Source of the DNA: an uncultured Gammaproteobacteria bacterium
Lineage (GTDB): Bacteria > Pseudomonadota > Gammaproteobacteria > GCA-002705445 > GCA-002716945
DNA: 64,000 bases
Direction: 5' to 3'
NCBI GenBank assembly: GCA_902605525.1
Contig: CACLCV010000003.1
Location: forward strand, 895-64,894
Below the pieces are notes generated by a model, which did no database searches, was not told the DNA's origin, and saw only the letters and a program-made list of their open reading frames with translations. The first letter of the stretch is position 1, and each line of letters opens with the position of its first letter. The position numbers and the translations under genes were made by a program. Positions 46,202 to 57,189 of the stretch are shown here, piece by piece.

Positions 46202-47055
46202 CGCTTTATACAAAACTAAACAGTCAAGGTAACGATTTTATACTTATTGATACCAATCATGTCAAAACAAATATTACTGTTGATGACATAAAATATTACT
46301 CTAGAAGAGATAAGATAGGGTGTGATCAATTTTTTATCATCAATCCAGAAGATAAAGATAATGTATCCTGCGAAGTTTATAATCAAGATGGATCAAAAGC
46401 ATGTCAGTGTGGCAATGGACTTAGAGCTGTAATGCTTTATTTGAACAGAAAATATAATTTACTAGAGACAAACTTAATTGTCTGTGATGTGAGTTATGAA
46501 GTAAAAATAAATATGGATCAAATATCTGTAAACATGGGATCCCCAACATATGTAGATATCCCAAAAAAAATCTATAATCAGGATTATTTGATTGCACAGC
46601 ATGATCTAGTCATAACGATTGAAAGCATCAAAGATAATATAACATTTTCGTTTATACCTTTATCAATCGGTAACCTCCATTGCGTTGTGTTTTCTGCTGG
46701 CTGCGATGAGCATAAAAAAGAAATCTGTAAAGTTATAGATGAGATATATGATAGTTCTATGAATATAGGTTTTGTAAAAAATGCTAAAGAATTTCTGAGC
46801 AATACTAAAAAAGCAATTGACTTAACTGTCAATGAGAGAGGTGCTGGATACACTGACTCTTGTGGAAGTGGAGCAACCGCAGCAGCTATATGTATGTTTA
46901 AAATATACGAACTTGAAAATGAATCTAAAGTTTTAAACTCTACTATCTCTATCAAACAAAAAGGAGGTACTCTACGTGTAAATAAAAAATATAATCCTGA
47001 TATCTTCCAACTTATAGGGCCAAGTTCATATGACGGCGAGGGGAACCTTGAGTAG
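46198..47055 (+). CDS. dapF: Diaminopimelate epimerase
   Basis: Motifs GNDFILID, the active-site Cys region CGNGLRAV and the second Cys in GSGATAAA. 285 aa. Confidence 0.85.
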   Translation: MTLYTKLNSQGNDFILIDTNHVKTNITVDDIKYYSRRDKIGCDQFFIINPEDKDNVSCEVYNQDGSKACQCGNGLRAVMLYLNRKYNLLETNLIVCDVSYEVKINMDQISVNMGSPTYVDIPKKIYNQDYLIAQHDLVITIESIKDNITFSFIPLSIGNLHCVVFSAGCDEHKKEICKVIDEIYDSSMNIGFVKNAKEFLSNTKKAIDLTVNERGAGYTDSCGSGATAAAICMFKIYELENESKVLNSTISIKQKGGTLRVNKKYNPDIFQLIGPSSYDGEGNLE

Positions 47056-47929
47056 TGAAAAAACTTATATTTCAGAATTTGTAAAGTATTTACAATACGA
47101 GAAACAGTACACACAAGACACTCTTGTAAATTATAAAATTGACTTAAAGCAATTTTCACAATATTTGAAAAACAATAATTTTAATATTGATGATGCTAGT
47201 AAAGATAATATTGAACAATTTTTTATGAGTCTTCACAAGCTGGGAATTAGCGCTAACTCTTTGGCAAGAAAAGCATCAACACTTAGATCATTTTACTCCT
47301 ACCTTTTAAAAACTTCACAAATTAGTATCACTCCAATGTCTGGTATAAAAACACCCAAACTTTCTAAAAAATTACCAAACATTTTATCGATAAGTGACAT
47401 TGATACACTTTGCAATATATCTGAGACAACTATGGTCGCCTTAAGGGACAAGGCTATTATAGAAGTCATGTATAGTTCAGCTCTTAGGTTGAGCGAACTA
47501 ACTCAGCTAAACATTGATTCAATTGATATGCTGTCTAAATACGTAAAAGTAATCGGAAAAGGCAGAAAGGAGAGAATATTGCCGCTAGGGGAACAAGCAT
47601 TGCTTGCACTGAAAATCTGGATAGCTAAAAGGGCAGAATCTAGGGTTAGTTGTGATGCACTTTTCGTCAATAAATATGGTGATAGATTGTCGAATAGATC
47701 TATTCAAAATAGAATTAATTTCTGGGTAAAAAAACAAGGCTTGAATTGTAAGATATCGCCCCATACATTAAGACATAGCTGTGCAACTCACTTGTTAGAG
47801 GCATCTGGAGATTTAAGAGCTGTTCAAGAATTCTTAGGTCATGAGGATATTAGTACAACACAAATATATACAAATATGGATTTTGAACATTTGAATAAGG
47901 TATATAAAAATAGCCACCCGAGGGCATAA
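47030..47929 (+). CDS. xerC: Tyrosine recombinase XerC
   Basis: N-terminal core-binding domain with C-terminal R..HxxR..Y catalytic residues ([10 protein letters not shown]...TQIYT). 299 aa. Confidence 0.9.
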   Translation: MTARGTLSSEKTYISEFVKYLQYEKQYTQDTLVNYKIDLKQFSQYLKNNNFNIDDASKDNIEQFFMSLHKLGISANSLARKASTLRSFYSYLLKTSQISITPMSGIKTPKLSKKLPNILSISDIDTLCNISETTMVALRDKAIIEVMYSSALRLSELTQLNIDSIDMLSKYVKVIGKGRKERILPLGEQALLALKIWIAKRAESRVSCDALFVNKYGDRLSNRSIQNRINFWVKKQGLNCKISPHTLRHSCATHLLEASGDLRAVQEFLGHEDISTTQIYTNMDFEHLNKVYKNSHPRA

Positions 47930-47933
47930 AGTT

Positions 47934-48479
47934 ATGAAAAATGAGACATTTCATGGGACAACAATCATTGGTGTTAGAAGAAATAATCAAATAGTTGTTG
48001 GAGGCGATGGTCAGGTAACACTTGGCAATACTGTTATGAAAAACAACGCTAAAAAAGTACGTAGACTATACAAAGATAAAGTTCTTGCTGGATTTGCAGG
48101 AGCTACTGCTGACGCCTTCACATTATTTGAAAAATTTGAAAGCAAATTGGAGAAGTACAGCGGTCATTTAACAAGATCTGCAGTTGAGCTAGCCAAAGAT
48201 TGGAGGACTGATAAAATACTTCGTAATTTGGAGGCGTTACTCATAGTCGCTGACAAGGATGTTTCATTATTAATTTCTGGAAACGGCGATGTTATAGAAC
48301 CTCAAGACTCAATACTAGCGATTGGTTCAGGCGGTTCGTTTGCACAATCTGCTGCAAAAGCTCTGTATGATAATACAGATTTGTCTGCCGAAGATATAGT
48401 AAAGAAGTCACTAAGCATTGCATCAGATATATGCATATATACAAATTCAAATTTAACTATAGAGAAAATAAATGTCTGA
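47934..48479 (+). CDS. hslV: ATP-dependent protease subunit HslV
   Basis: N-terminal TTIIGVRR (Thr1 nucleophile). 181 aa. Confidence 0.95.
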   Translation: MKNETFHGTTIIGVRRNNQIVVGGDGQVTLGNTVMKNNAKKVRRLYKDKVLAGFAGATADAFTLFEKFESKLEKYSGHLTRSAVELAKDWRTDKILRNLEALLIVADKDVSLLISGNGDVIEPQDSILAIGSGGSFAQSAAKALYDNTDLSAEDIVKKSLSIASDICIYTNSNLTIEKINV

Positions 48480-49812
48480 AATGACACCAAGAGAAGTTGT
48501 CGAAGAGCTTGATAAGCACATCATTGGTCAGTCTAATGCAAAAAGGGCAGTGTCTATTGCACTAAGAAATAGATGGAGAAGGTTACAGCTTCCTGACAAT
48601 ATTAGTAATGAAATTACGCCGAAAAACATATTGATGATAGGACCAACTGGCGTAGGTAAGACAGAAATTGCACGAAGACTTGCTCATTTAGCTGGCGCGC
48701 CTTTTATAAAAGTTGAGGCCACTAAGTTTACTGAAGTAGGTTATGTTGGCAAGGAAGTTGATTCAATAATAAGAGATTTAACAGAAATTGCTATAAACCA
48801 AGCAAAGTCAAAAGCCATGTCTAGAGTTTATCGTAAATCTGAAGAGTTAGCAGAAGAAATAATATTAGATCATTTGCTGCCACGAAGAACTACTGACAGC
48901 TTTGAGACTGGAAGCTCTTTTGAATCGTCAGACAGTAGAGAGACTAGGCAAGCGCTTCGGAAAGAATTAAGAGAAGGGAAATTAGATGATAAGGAAATAG
49001 ACATTAGTATTCAGGCAAACAATCCATCATTTGAGGTTATGGCTCCACCAGGAATGGAAGAAATGACGGATCAACTTCAAGGAATGTTCAAGAATTTATC
49101 AAATACTAAAACTAAAACACAGAAAATGAAAATAAAGGACGCTCTTTTAGTAGTTGCAGAGCAAGAAGCCAAAAAGTTAGTTAACGATAATGACATAAAG
49201 CAAGATGCTATCAAGCAAGTTGAGCAAAATGGAATTGTCTTTATTGATGAAATAGACAAGGTGTCATCAAGGGCTAATGCAAGTGGAGCAGATGTCTCAA
49301 GAGAGGGAGTTCAAAGAGATCTACTTCCTTTAGTTGAAGGAAGTACAGTTAACACCAAGCATGGCCCCGTTAAAACAGATCATATTCTTTTCATTGCATC
49401 TGGAGCATTCCATTTATCAAAACCATCAGACTTAATTCCTGAACTACAAGGGAGATTGCCTATAAGGGTAGAGCTTAGTGCGCTATCGGTTGATGATTTC
49501 GAATTAATTTTAGAAGAACCAGATTATTCATTAACCGAACAATATATTGCTCTGATGAAAACTGAGGGAATAGATGTTAAGTTTGATAAATCAGCAATTA
49601 CAAGATTATCGAAAATTGCCTGGACAGTTAATGAGAAAACTGAAAACATTGGTGCTAGAAGGCTACATACTATAATGGAGAGATTGCTTGAAAAGTTATC
49701 TTTTGAGGCTAGTGATATAAAAGACACTAAAATCACAATTGATGCAGACTATGTTGATAAGCACTTAAATGAATTAGCAGAAAACGAGGATTTGAGTAGG
49801 TACATTTTATGA
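48472..49812 (+). CDS. hslU: ATP-dependent protease ATPase subunit HslU
   Basis: Walker [16 protein letters not shown]. 446 aa. Confidence 0.97.
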   Translation: MSEMTPREVVEELDKHIIGQSNAKRAVSIALRNRWRRLQLPDNISNEITPKNILMIGPTGVGKTEIARRLAHLAGAPFIKVEATKFTEVGYVGKEVDSIIRDLTEIAINQAKSKAMSRVYRKSEELAEEIILDHLLPRRTTDSFETGSSFESSDSRETRQALRKELREGKLDDKEIDISIQANNPSFEVMAPPGMEEMTDQLQGMFKNLSNTKTKTQKMKIKDALLVVAEQEAKKLVNDNDIKQDAIKQVEQNGIVFIDEIDKVSSRANASGADVSREGVQRDLLPLVEGSTVNTKHGPVKTDHILFIASGAFHLSKPSDLIPELQGRLPIRVELSALSVDDFELILEEPDYSLTEQYIALMKTEGIDVKFDKSAITRLSKIAWTVNEKTENIGARRLHTIMERLLEKLSFEASDIKDTKITIDADYVDKHLNELAENEDLSRYIL

Positions 49813-50165
49813 TAAAACCAACAGAACTAAGATATATTAAAAAAACAAACACACTGTCAATTACATTTGAAGATGGTTTCAGTAATGATATTACTTCAGA
49901 ATATTTAAGATGCTTCTCTCCTTCTGCTGAAGTCAAAGGCCACGGACCAGGACAAGAGAAACTACAAATAAATAAAGAAGATGTTGTAATTGATAAATTA
50001 GAACCTGTTGGCAATTATGCTGTAAGAATTGTTTTTGACGATGGGCATGATACAGGGCTATATTCTTGGGAACACTTATATAGTTTATGCAAAAACTATC
50101 AAGAAAATTGGCATAATTATTTAGAAAGACTGAAAGAAGCAGGACATACTAGAAAAAAGCCATGA
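49809..50165 (+). CDS. DUF971 family protein (gamma-butyrobetaine hydroxylase-like N-terminal domain)
   Basis: A 118-aa protein found after hslU, as in Pseudomonas. It carries the DUF971-like pattern [10 protein letters not shown]...HDTGLYSW. Confidence 0.65.
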   Translation: MIKPTELRYIKKTNTLSITFEDGFSNDITSEYLRCFSPSAEVKGHGPGQEKLQINKEDVVIDKLEPVGNYAVRIVFDDGHDTGLYSWEHLYSLCKNYQENWHNYLERLKEAGHTRKKP

Positions 50166-50545
50166 GCAAAAAAGCGATTACATGCAATACCGCACCATCT
50201 GCAATAGGCACTTACTCTCAAGCAATAACTGTAGATAAATTTACATTTATATCTGGACAGATTCCTCTTGATTACAAGAACATGAGTATTATTGAAGGAA
50301 CATTTGAAGATCAGGTAGTCGTTGTCCTTAATAATTTAAAAAACATAGCAATGGAAGCAAATTGTACTCTCGATGATTGTGTTAAGTTCACTGTTTATCT
50401 AAAAGACTTAGAAAACTTCTCAATTGTTAATTCTATAATGGAACGTCACTTAACAGAGCCATACCCTGCCAGAGCAGCAGTCGAAGTCAGTAGACTTCCT
50501 AAAGATGTTCATATAGAAATTGACGCTATATTATTTAAAGACTAG
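50162..50545 (+). CDS. ridA: RidA (YjgF/TdcF) family reactive-intermediate deaminase
   Basis: A 127-aa protein with the conserved PARAAVEV C-terminal motif. Confidence 0.85.
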   Translation: MSKKAITCNTAPSAIGTYSQAITVDKFTFISGQIPLDYKNMSIIEGTFEDQVVVVLNNLKNIAMEANCTLDDCVKFTVYLKDLENFSIVNSIMERHLTEPYPARAAVEVSRLPKDVHIEIDAILFKD

Positions 50546-50548
50546 TAC

Positions 50549-52600
50549 ATGAGAAAATATTCTGACGAAATTTCTCAGAGTATAGGTTCATTGAAAGGGG
50601 TTGGTGAGAAAACTAAGTCTCTTTTATCTGAAATTGGTATTATATCATTATTTGATCTTTTATCTTACCCGCCAATTGATCTAATAGATAAGACTGAAAT
50701 AGATAATATTGACGAGGTAAATAATGGCGACTCGGTGGTAATTTCAGGAGTAATTATAAAAGCTATAAAAACCAAAGGGTATAAGCCAAATTATATTTTA
50801 ACGATTCAATCAGTATCTGGTATTTTCTATATAAGATTCATTCATAAAATTATAGTATTCATGAACTTACAAAAAGGCATGAGTATTAGAGTTTCAGGCA
50901 CTGCTATACTGAAAGGCAAAAAATTAGAATTTATACATCCAGAAGTAGAAGTTTTTAAAGATAGTTCGTCTCTCGCAAATATTATCCCAAAGTATTCACT
51001 TAGAGGAAGAGTTTCACAATCAAAAATTAGAAAATTAATAAGACAAGCTTTTTCAACCTTTTCAAAGAACTACGAATTTACCTGTTTAGATGATTACTTT
51101 TATGAGGAATTTAATAGTATGTCATTATTAAAAGCTCTCAAGAAATTACACTTTCCCGATGGAAATTATTCTGATGCGATAAATGAATATATACTTGCCA
51201 GACAAAGGTTAGCCTTTGAAGAAATCTACTTACATAAACACGAATTTCTACAAACTATCGTAAAGTATAATACTAAACCTTCTTTTGAACTAAAGATAAA
51301 TAAAGAATCAATGAATAGCTTCTACTTATCATTACCATTCCAACTTACAGATGGTCAATTATCAGCAATTGACAGGATTAGTATATCTATAAGAGATAAG
51401 GCGCCATCAAAAGTACTCATACAAGGTGATGTTGGATGTGGCAAAACGCTAGTAGCGATAATGGCTTGTTATCAAGCCCTTTCAAATAATCATCAGTGCC
51501 TAGTTCTAGTTCCAACAGAAGTTTTATGCTCACAACATTTTATAACCTTTACGGAGTACCTTGGTAAGTATGGGAAGATAGAAATGGTTAGCGGTAAATC
51601 CACAAAAGCAGAAAAAGAAAGTATCAAAAGAGAGTTGTATGATGGGAAAATATCTATCCTGATAGGGACACATGCTCTTTTATATGGCAACTATAAATTT
51701 AAAAGCCTGGCTATAGTTATTATTGATGAGCAACATAAATTTGGTGTCAAACAAAGAGAAAAGATATCCTCAGAATATGAAAAGCAACCACATCTTATTT
51801 ATATGTCAGCAACACCTATACCAAGAACATTGGCCTTAGTTCTATATGAAAATATGAATTATATTACTATTTCAGATAAACCATCAAACCGAGAAATTAT
51901 AAAGACAACTGTTTATGATGATGATTCTAGAAAAAAAATTTATGATAAAGTTGCAGAGCATCTAAAAGATGGTATGCAGGTATATTGGGTATGTACAAGA
52001 ATAGAAGATACTGAAGACACTGACAAACAGTCGGTCAATGTATTTTCAAACACTATCAAAAAAATATACCCAAGTTATAAAATAAAAATACTCCATGGAA
52101 AGTTATTATCTGAGGAAAAGATTAGAATAATCAATGATTTTAGATCAGGAAAGATAGACATACTTGTATCCACAAGCGTTATAGAGGTTGGAATAGATTG
52201 CCCCAATGCTAACTGCTTAGTTATAGAAAATGCAGAATTATTTGGATTAGCCCAGTTACATCAGCTCAGAGGAAGAGTAGGCAGAGGTTTAGTAAATGGG
52301 TATTGTTATTTAGTACATTCTAGAAAAGCTACATCAGAATCAATAGAAAAGCTTGAGTATCTAGAAAAACATCATTCTGGCTTTGATGTTGCGGAGTATG
52401 ATTTAAAAACACGAGGAACAGGAACATATTTGGGCAGTAAACAGTCAGGCATGCCTGATAACTACCGCATTTCAACCATCAACGACATTATGGATAACAT
52501 TTCATATATAAAAAACTTCAAATTTGAATTATCATCAGCAAAGATCAGGGAACTGAAAAAACGTTGGAAGATAAAAAGTATAAATGAAATACAATTATAA
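50549..52600 (+). CDS. recG: ATP-dependent DNA helicase RecG
   Basis: Wedge domain followed by the SF2 helicase motifs GDVGCGKT, DEQH and QLRGRVGRG. 683 aa. Confidence 0.95.
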   Translation: MRKYSDEISQSIGSLKGVGEKTKSLLSEIGIISLFDLLSYPPIDLIDKTEIDNIDEVNNGDSVVISGVIIKAIKTKGYKPNYILTIQSVSGIFYIRFIHKIIVFMNLQKGMSIRVSGTAILKGKKLEFIHPEVEVFKDSSSLANIIPKYSLRGRVSQSKIRKLIRQAFSTFSKNYEFTCLDDYFYEEFNSMSLLKALKKLHFPDGNYSDAINEYILARQRLAFEEIYLHKHEFLQTIVKYNTKPSFELKINKESMNSFYLSLPFQLTDGQLSAIDRISISIRDKAPSKVLIQGDVGCGKTLVAIMACYQALSNNHQCLVLVPTEVLCSQHFITFTEYLGKYGKIEMVSGKSTKAEKESIKRELYDGKISILIGTHALLYGNYKFKSLAIVIIDEQHKFGVKQREKISSEYEKQPHLIYMSATPIPRTLALVLYENMNYITISDKPSNREIIKTTVYDDDSRKKIYDKVAEHLKDGMQVYWVCTRIEDTEDTDKQSVNVFSNTIKKIYPSYKIKILHGKLLSEEKIRIINDFRSGKIDILVSTSVIEVGIDCPNANCLVIENAELFGLAQLHQLRGRVGRGLVNGYCYLVHSRKATSESIEKLEYLEKHHSGFDVAEYDLKTRGTGTYLGSKQSGMPDNYRISTINDIMDNISYIKNFKFELSSAKIRELKKRWKIKSINEIQL

Positions 52601-53093
52601 ACAGAAATGGAGATGCGAGCGAAAAATCAAAGATTTACCAAACAATCTCAGGAGAATCTTAATTGATAATTCTTCTCTAACCAAAAGGATAATTAGTAAT
52701 AAGTCAGGTCGTGTGAAGTTTATCTCATCTCATATAAGTTTAACAAAAAGGCTTAATTGCTTATCAAAAAAATACTCATTTATCAGAAAAGTAGAGATCA
52801 AGGGCAACTTAGATAAATCGATAAAGGCTGTATCATATACACCTATAAGTAATATTAAAGGCAAGATAAAACATATAAAGCATCTCAAGGACAAATCTTT
52901 GGCAACTATATTATTTAATAACCACAGTTTTGTGAAACATGCTATAAACTATTGTTTACAAGAAAATCATGTGACAAGAGTTACTCTTTTTAAAAAAAAC
53001 AAAACTATAATTCATGTTGAGGAAACATTCCCCATAGATAATAATTATGAAACGCTTTCTTTAATTGATTGCAGAAAGAACCTGATTAATTGA
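52584..53093 (+). CDS. Chorismate lyase-like (UbiC family) protein
   Basis: The stretch LIDNSSLTKRI resembles E. coli UbiC LLEDSMTKRF. The protein is about 170 aa with low complexity. Confidence 0.45.
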   Translation: MKYNYKQKWRCERKIKDLPNNLRRILIDNSSLTKRIISNKSGRVKFISSHISLTKRLNCLSKKYSFIRKVEIKGNLDKSIKAVSYTPISNIKGKIKHIKHLKDKSLATILFNNHSFVKHAINYCLQENHVTRVTLFKKNKTIIHVEETFPIDNNYETLSLIDCRKNLIN

Positions 53094-53753
53094 TGATAGC
53101 TTAAGTATTTTGTCAGAAGCAGTATAGCCTTCATCACCTAGATATATAGCACCTGATATCCCAGCAGATAGCCCTACATTAATATTATTAATTGTATCTT
53201 CAATTAGAATCGTTTTTTTATAATCTAATTTATATTTTGAGCGCAACATATACCATAACTGTATATCCTCCTTGACGTAACACAGCTCATGCGCACAAAC
53301 CATGTCATCAAAATAAGGAGCTAAATCATATTTTTCTAATTTGATATTCAGTGTTTTTCTATGGGCATTCGTAATTAGGATTATTTTTGATTTTTTTTTA
53401 AGTTCATTTAAAGTATCAATAACTCCATCATATAAACTTATTTTACTAAAGCTTTGCTCTGATCTTTTTTGAGCCTCAATATCTATGTCTAGCATATTAG
53501 ACCAGTAATCGACATCATACCAATCTTTAGTATTTTTCTTATAATTAAATATCTGTATAGCAAGTTTTTTTGCGTCATCGAATAAGATTCCTTTATTTTG
53601 TGCGATAACTTCTGGAATTTGATTTTGCCAAAAGTTATTGTCATAAGTATTATCTAGAATGACCCCATCCATGTCTACTAGCATGCATTCTATATCTTTA
53701 AAAATCATAACTGATAATGTATCATCCTTGATAGTCAGAGTACACAATGCCAA
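53061..53753 (-). CDS. HAD-superfamily hydrolase
   Basis: Motif I DMDGV. 230 aa. Confidence 0.65.
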   Translation of the reverse strand: MALCTLTIKDDTLSVMIFKDIECMLVDMDGVILDNTYDNNFWQNQIPEVIAQNKGILFDDAKKLAIQIFNYKKNTKDWYDVDYWSNMLDIDIEAQKRSEQSFSKISLYDGVIDTLNELKKKSKIILITNAHRKTLNIKLEKYDLAPYFDDMVCAHELCYVKEDIQLWYMLRSKYKLDYKKTILIEDTINNINVGLSAGISGAIYLGDEGYTASDKILKLSSINQVLSAIN

Positions 53754-54268
53754 AAATACTTAAGCAAAAATCAATATTTAAATCAAAACTATTTGATATC
53801 AAACAAGCAGACATAGAGTTTAATGGTATAACTATGAAGTATGAAATCATATCTGGAACGGGGAGTGGCGCTGTAATGGTAGTCCCTTTCATAGAAAATG
53901 ATATTATTTTTATAAAAGAATATGCTGCTGCAATCGATGATTATATGATTACTTTTCCTAAAGGCAAGATTGACAAAGGGGAAACAATTGAGGAAGCTGC
54001 TAATCGTGAGTTACAAGAAGAAGTTGGTTATAAATCTAAGGAAATTAAACTTATAAAAAAACTTTATCTTGCGCCTGGTTATATAGATCATATGACTTAT
54101 GTAATGGTTGCTAAGGAGTTATCTGTATCATCCCTTCGTGGTGACGAACCAGAAGAACTTGAGGTAATAAGAGTTCACAGAGATGATGTCATTAATTTTC
54201 TTGATAAAAATGAAATTATAGATTCGAGAGTACATGCCGCACTGAACATTATAGAAAATCATGAGTAA
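53747..54268 (+). CDS. nudE: NUDIX hydrolase (NudE-like ADP-compound hydrolase)
   Basis: Nudix box GKIDKGETIEEAANRELQEEVGY. It is adjacent to cysQ, as in Pseudomonas. Confidence 0.65.
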   Translation: MPKILKQKSIFKSKLFDIKQADIEFNGITMKYEIISGTGSGAVMVVPFIENDIIFIKEYAAAIDDYMITFPKGKIDKGETIEEAANRELQEEVGYKSKEIKLIKKLYLAPGYIDHMTYVMVAKELSVSSLRGDEPEELEVIRVHRDDVINFLDKNEIIDSRVHAALNIIENHE

Positions 54269-55061
54269 TCACAATTTTCAAAAACACATTCCGGATCTTC
54301 TAAAACTTTGTCAAAATATAGGACAGATTCAATTAGATGGACAAAAAAATTTAAATATTAATTTAAAATCTGATAATACCCCTGTGACTAATATAGATAT
54401 ACGCTCTAGTGAGTTAATAGTTAGTTATCTATCTAGAACATTTAAAGGAGATACTATTATATCTGAAGAGAGCGATGATAAATCCAATAAAAAGCCTTCC
54501 TATTGGCTGGTCGACCCAATTGACGGAACAAAGAACTATATAAAAGGAGGTGAACAATTTTGTATATGTATTTCATATATACATAATAGCTATCCTTCAT
54601 TTGGAATAATTTATATACCATCAAGTAAAGAGTTTTACTATGCATCTTCTGGTGAAGGTGCATTTTTGATAAAAGAGAATATGCCTAAAGTCAAAATTAC
54701 GAATAAATCTCAAATCGATAATAATATATTTGTAAGCACAGTTATAAGAGATAGTGTTGTAAAATTATTGAACAATAATTTCAAACATTCAAAGCTAATT
54801 TATATGTCGAGTGCAATTAAATTTGTTAGAGTAGCAGAGGGTAAAGGACATTTTTCAATAAGACTAGGGCCAACTCATGAATGGGATACAGCAGCCGGGC
54901 AATGTATAATTGAAGAATCTGGGGCTCTCTTCCTAGACAAAAACCTTGAGAGATTCAGATACGGGCAAGGGTCGAAGTTCTTAAACGGACCGTTCTTCGT
55001 AGTCAATGGTCAGATGAAAGAACATGAGGATTCAATTAACCAGTGTCTTTCTTTGATTTGA
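54261..55061 (+). CDS. cysQ: 3'(2'),5'-bisphosphate nucleotidase CysQ (inositol monophosphatase family)
   Basis: Motifs WLVDPIDGTKNY and WDTAAG. 266 aa. Confidence 0.75.
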   Translation: MSNHNFQKHIPDLLKLCQNIGQIQLDGQKNLNINLKSDNTPVTNIDIRSSELIVSYLSRTFKGDTIISEESDDKSNKKPSYWLVDPIDGTKNYIKGGEQFCICISYIHNSYPSFGIIYIPSSKEFYYASSGEGAFLIKENMPKVKITNKSQIDNNIFVSTVIRDSVVKLLNNNFKHSKLIYMSSAIKFVRVAEGKGHFSIRLGPTHEWDTAAGQCIIEESGALFLDKNLERFRYGQGSKFLNGPFFVVNGQMKEHEDSINQCLSLI

Positions 55062-55210
55062 CTGAGTTATTGAATGCTTTTTTATTAAGTTTTTTCATAA
55101 GTTTGTATTTTCCTTGCAAACTTTTGCACCATGTAACCATAGATTTTTCATAGTCTCTTAGTTTATTTTCAGTCATAAAATTATTTGTATGCTATCATTT
55201 TTTATTAATT

Positions 55211-55936
55211 ATGTTAAAAAAACTTTTTTCAACTATTTCACCCGAGGGTTATTATAAATTCACCGATGCAATTATACCATGGCTTTTGCTACTTGCTCTG
55301 ATATTCATTGGCTATGGACTGTATGAAGGTTTATTTGTAGCACCGTCAGATTACCAACAAGGTGATGCATTCAGAATCATGTATGTTCATGTTCCCAGCG
55401 CATGGATTTCTCTTTTTGCTTATTCTGTAGTTTTCTTCTCTGCAATCATATCGTTAATTTGGCATATCAAGGTCTATGATTTAATTTTGCTAGCTTCTTG
55501 TAAACTTGGTGCTGTATTTACTTTTTTTACACTGATTACTGGTGCTATATGGGGAGAGCCAATGTGGGGAACATGGTGGGCATGGGATGCTAGGCTTACA
55601 TCTGAGCTAATCTTATTTTTTATTTACATATCAATATTGTTATTACATGGTTCTTTCGAAGATAAGAAAAAAGCTGCAACTTCTGTAAATATATTATCCA
55701 TTGTAGGTTTTATAAATATTCCAATTATTCATTTTTCTGTAGAGTGGTGGAATACACTTCATCAGGGCCCATCTGTAATTAAGTTGAGCGCTCCTAGTAT
55801 TGCAGGTGATATGTTAACGCCTCTAATAATAACAGCTCTTGGGTTTACATTTTTCTTTCTTGGTACTATGTTTAAATCATCTCAGAATATGCTTCTTGAA
55901 AATGAAAAAAACAAATCCTGGGCCAAACTAGTCTAA
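55211..55936 (+). CDS. ccmC: Heme exporter protein CcmC
   Basis: W-rich motif WGTWWAWDARLTSE with two conserved His. It aligns end-to-end with E. coli CcmC. 241 aa. Confidence 0.9.
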   Translation: MLKKLFSTISPEGYYKFTDAIIPWLLLLALIFIGYGLYEGLFVAPSDYQQGDAFRIMYVHVPSAWISLFAYSVVFFSAIISLIWHIKVYDLILLASCKLGAVFTFFTLITGAIWGEPMWGTWWAWDARLTSELILFFIYISILLLHGSFEDKKKAATSVNILSIVGFINIPIIHFSVEWWNTLHQGPSVIKLSAPSIAGDMLTPLIITALGFTFFFLGTMFKSSQNMLLENEKNKSWAKLV

Positions 55937-56599
55937 GCTATTTTTTAAACCCATCGCTGATGCGAATGGCGAAATTATTAAAAATAATATCAATAATAAT
56001 AATAAAAACAATAATTCAGAATTATAATCAACTCCTGACATGGCATTATAGACAGAGCTCGTCCCGAAGATCAGTACAGGAATATCCATAGGCAGTACTA
56101 TTGATGATAATAATAGATTGTTTCCTTTTATACTTAAAGTAAGAGAAGCAGCAATAGACCCAATTAATGAGATAGTTAAGGTACCAAGAAGTAAACTAAT
56201 CAAAAGGACTATTGAAGCCGCCATATTAGATGTAAGAAGATAGTTAACAAGAAAACCAATGATTACCAATGGTATAATTGTAAAAAGCCAATAGGATATA
56301 ACTTTGGCCAAAACATTAAATTCTAGTACATGAGAATTGATGACAATACCTTCTAGTGTTCCATCTTCAAAATCATCCTTAAACAAAGCTTCCATATTTA
56401 ATAGACTTACTAGTAAACAAGCTAGCCAAATAATTTGAGGCAATACTTTGTCATAACCACCAAGGGTTGTATTTGCAATACTTATTGAAAAGAAGATTAG
56501 TATTAGTAAAAGATACACTATAGGCATGAAAATCTTTGTACCAGAGTTTAGAATTACTCTCATATCTTTGAAAATGATTGAAAAGAAAACGTTCATCAT
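55928..56599 (-). CDS. ccmB: Heme exporter protein CcmB
   Basis: A 223-aa six-TM protein that aligns with E. coli CcmB (FKDDFEDGTLE vs FRDDLQDGSLE). Confidence 0.85.
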   Translation of the reverse strand: MMNVFFSIIFKDMRVILNSGTKIFMPIVYLLLILIFFSISIANTTLGGYDKVLPQIIWLACLLVSLLNMEALFKDDFEDGTLEGIVINSHVLEFNVLAKVISYWLFTIIPLVIIGFLVNYLLTSNMAASIVLLISLLLGTLTISLIGSIAASLTLSIKGNNLLLSSIVLPMDIPVLIFGTSSVYNAMSGVDYNSELLFLLLLLILFLIISPFASAMGLKNSLD

Positions 56600-57189
56600 A
56601 GTTCTACATTAGTAAATTTATCTTTTGGATTATGACTAGTAATAATAACTGTTCCGCCGTCAGATATATGCAGATCTATTTTTTTTATAAAGATATCAAT
56701 TATGTTTTGATCAAGACCAGTAAACGGCTCATCTAAAATCCAAATTTTATTTTTAAGTAGAGATAATTTCACCAGACTTACAATCTTCTTTTGCCCATGT
56801 GATAGATATTTTACTTTAGTTATAAACTTATCTTTTATGTTATATAAATCTAATTCATCAATAATATATTTTTCTTCTAAGTTCCGCTGATGGAATCCAA
56901 GAGTATACTTAATATTTTCAGCTACACTTAGTTCATTTTTTAAGCCATATTTATGTCCGATATAAAATAAATCTTCATGGATAGAAGTATTTTCATCAAT
57001 GGTTACCTTGCCTGATGAAGGGCATGTAATTCCTGAAATCAATTTTAGTAATGAAGTTTTTCCAGTTCCATTTCTTCCAAAAATATTAATTTTTTCTCTG
57101 TAAGATATAGCTAGTGAAAAATCATTTACTATTTTTTTCCCTTGTTTAATTAAGTTAATGTTTTCAAGATTTATAAAAATATTATTCAC
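56596..57189 (-). CDS. ccmA: Cytochrome c biogenesis ABC ATPase CcmA
   Basis: Walker A GRNGTGKTSLL, an ABC signature LSHGQKK and Walker B ILDEP. 197 aa, coupled to ccmB. Confidence 0.85.
   Translation of the reverse strand: MNNIFINLENINLIKQGKKIVNDFSLAISYREKINIFGRNGTGKTSLLKLISGITCPSSGKVTIDENTSIHEDLFYIGHKYGLKNELSVAENIKYTLGFHQRNLEEKYIIDELDLYNIKDKFITKVKYLSHGQKKIVSLVKLSLLKNKIWILDEPFTGLDQNIIDIFIKKIDLHISDGGTVIITSHNPKDKFTNVEL

Noticed and set aside
55030-55188. A 52-aa basic minus-strand ORF upstream of ccmC, overlapping the cysQ 3' end
   Set aside because: It is short, lysine-rich from AT-rich sequence and overlaps a real gene end. It has no motif and is probably random.
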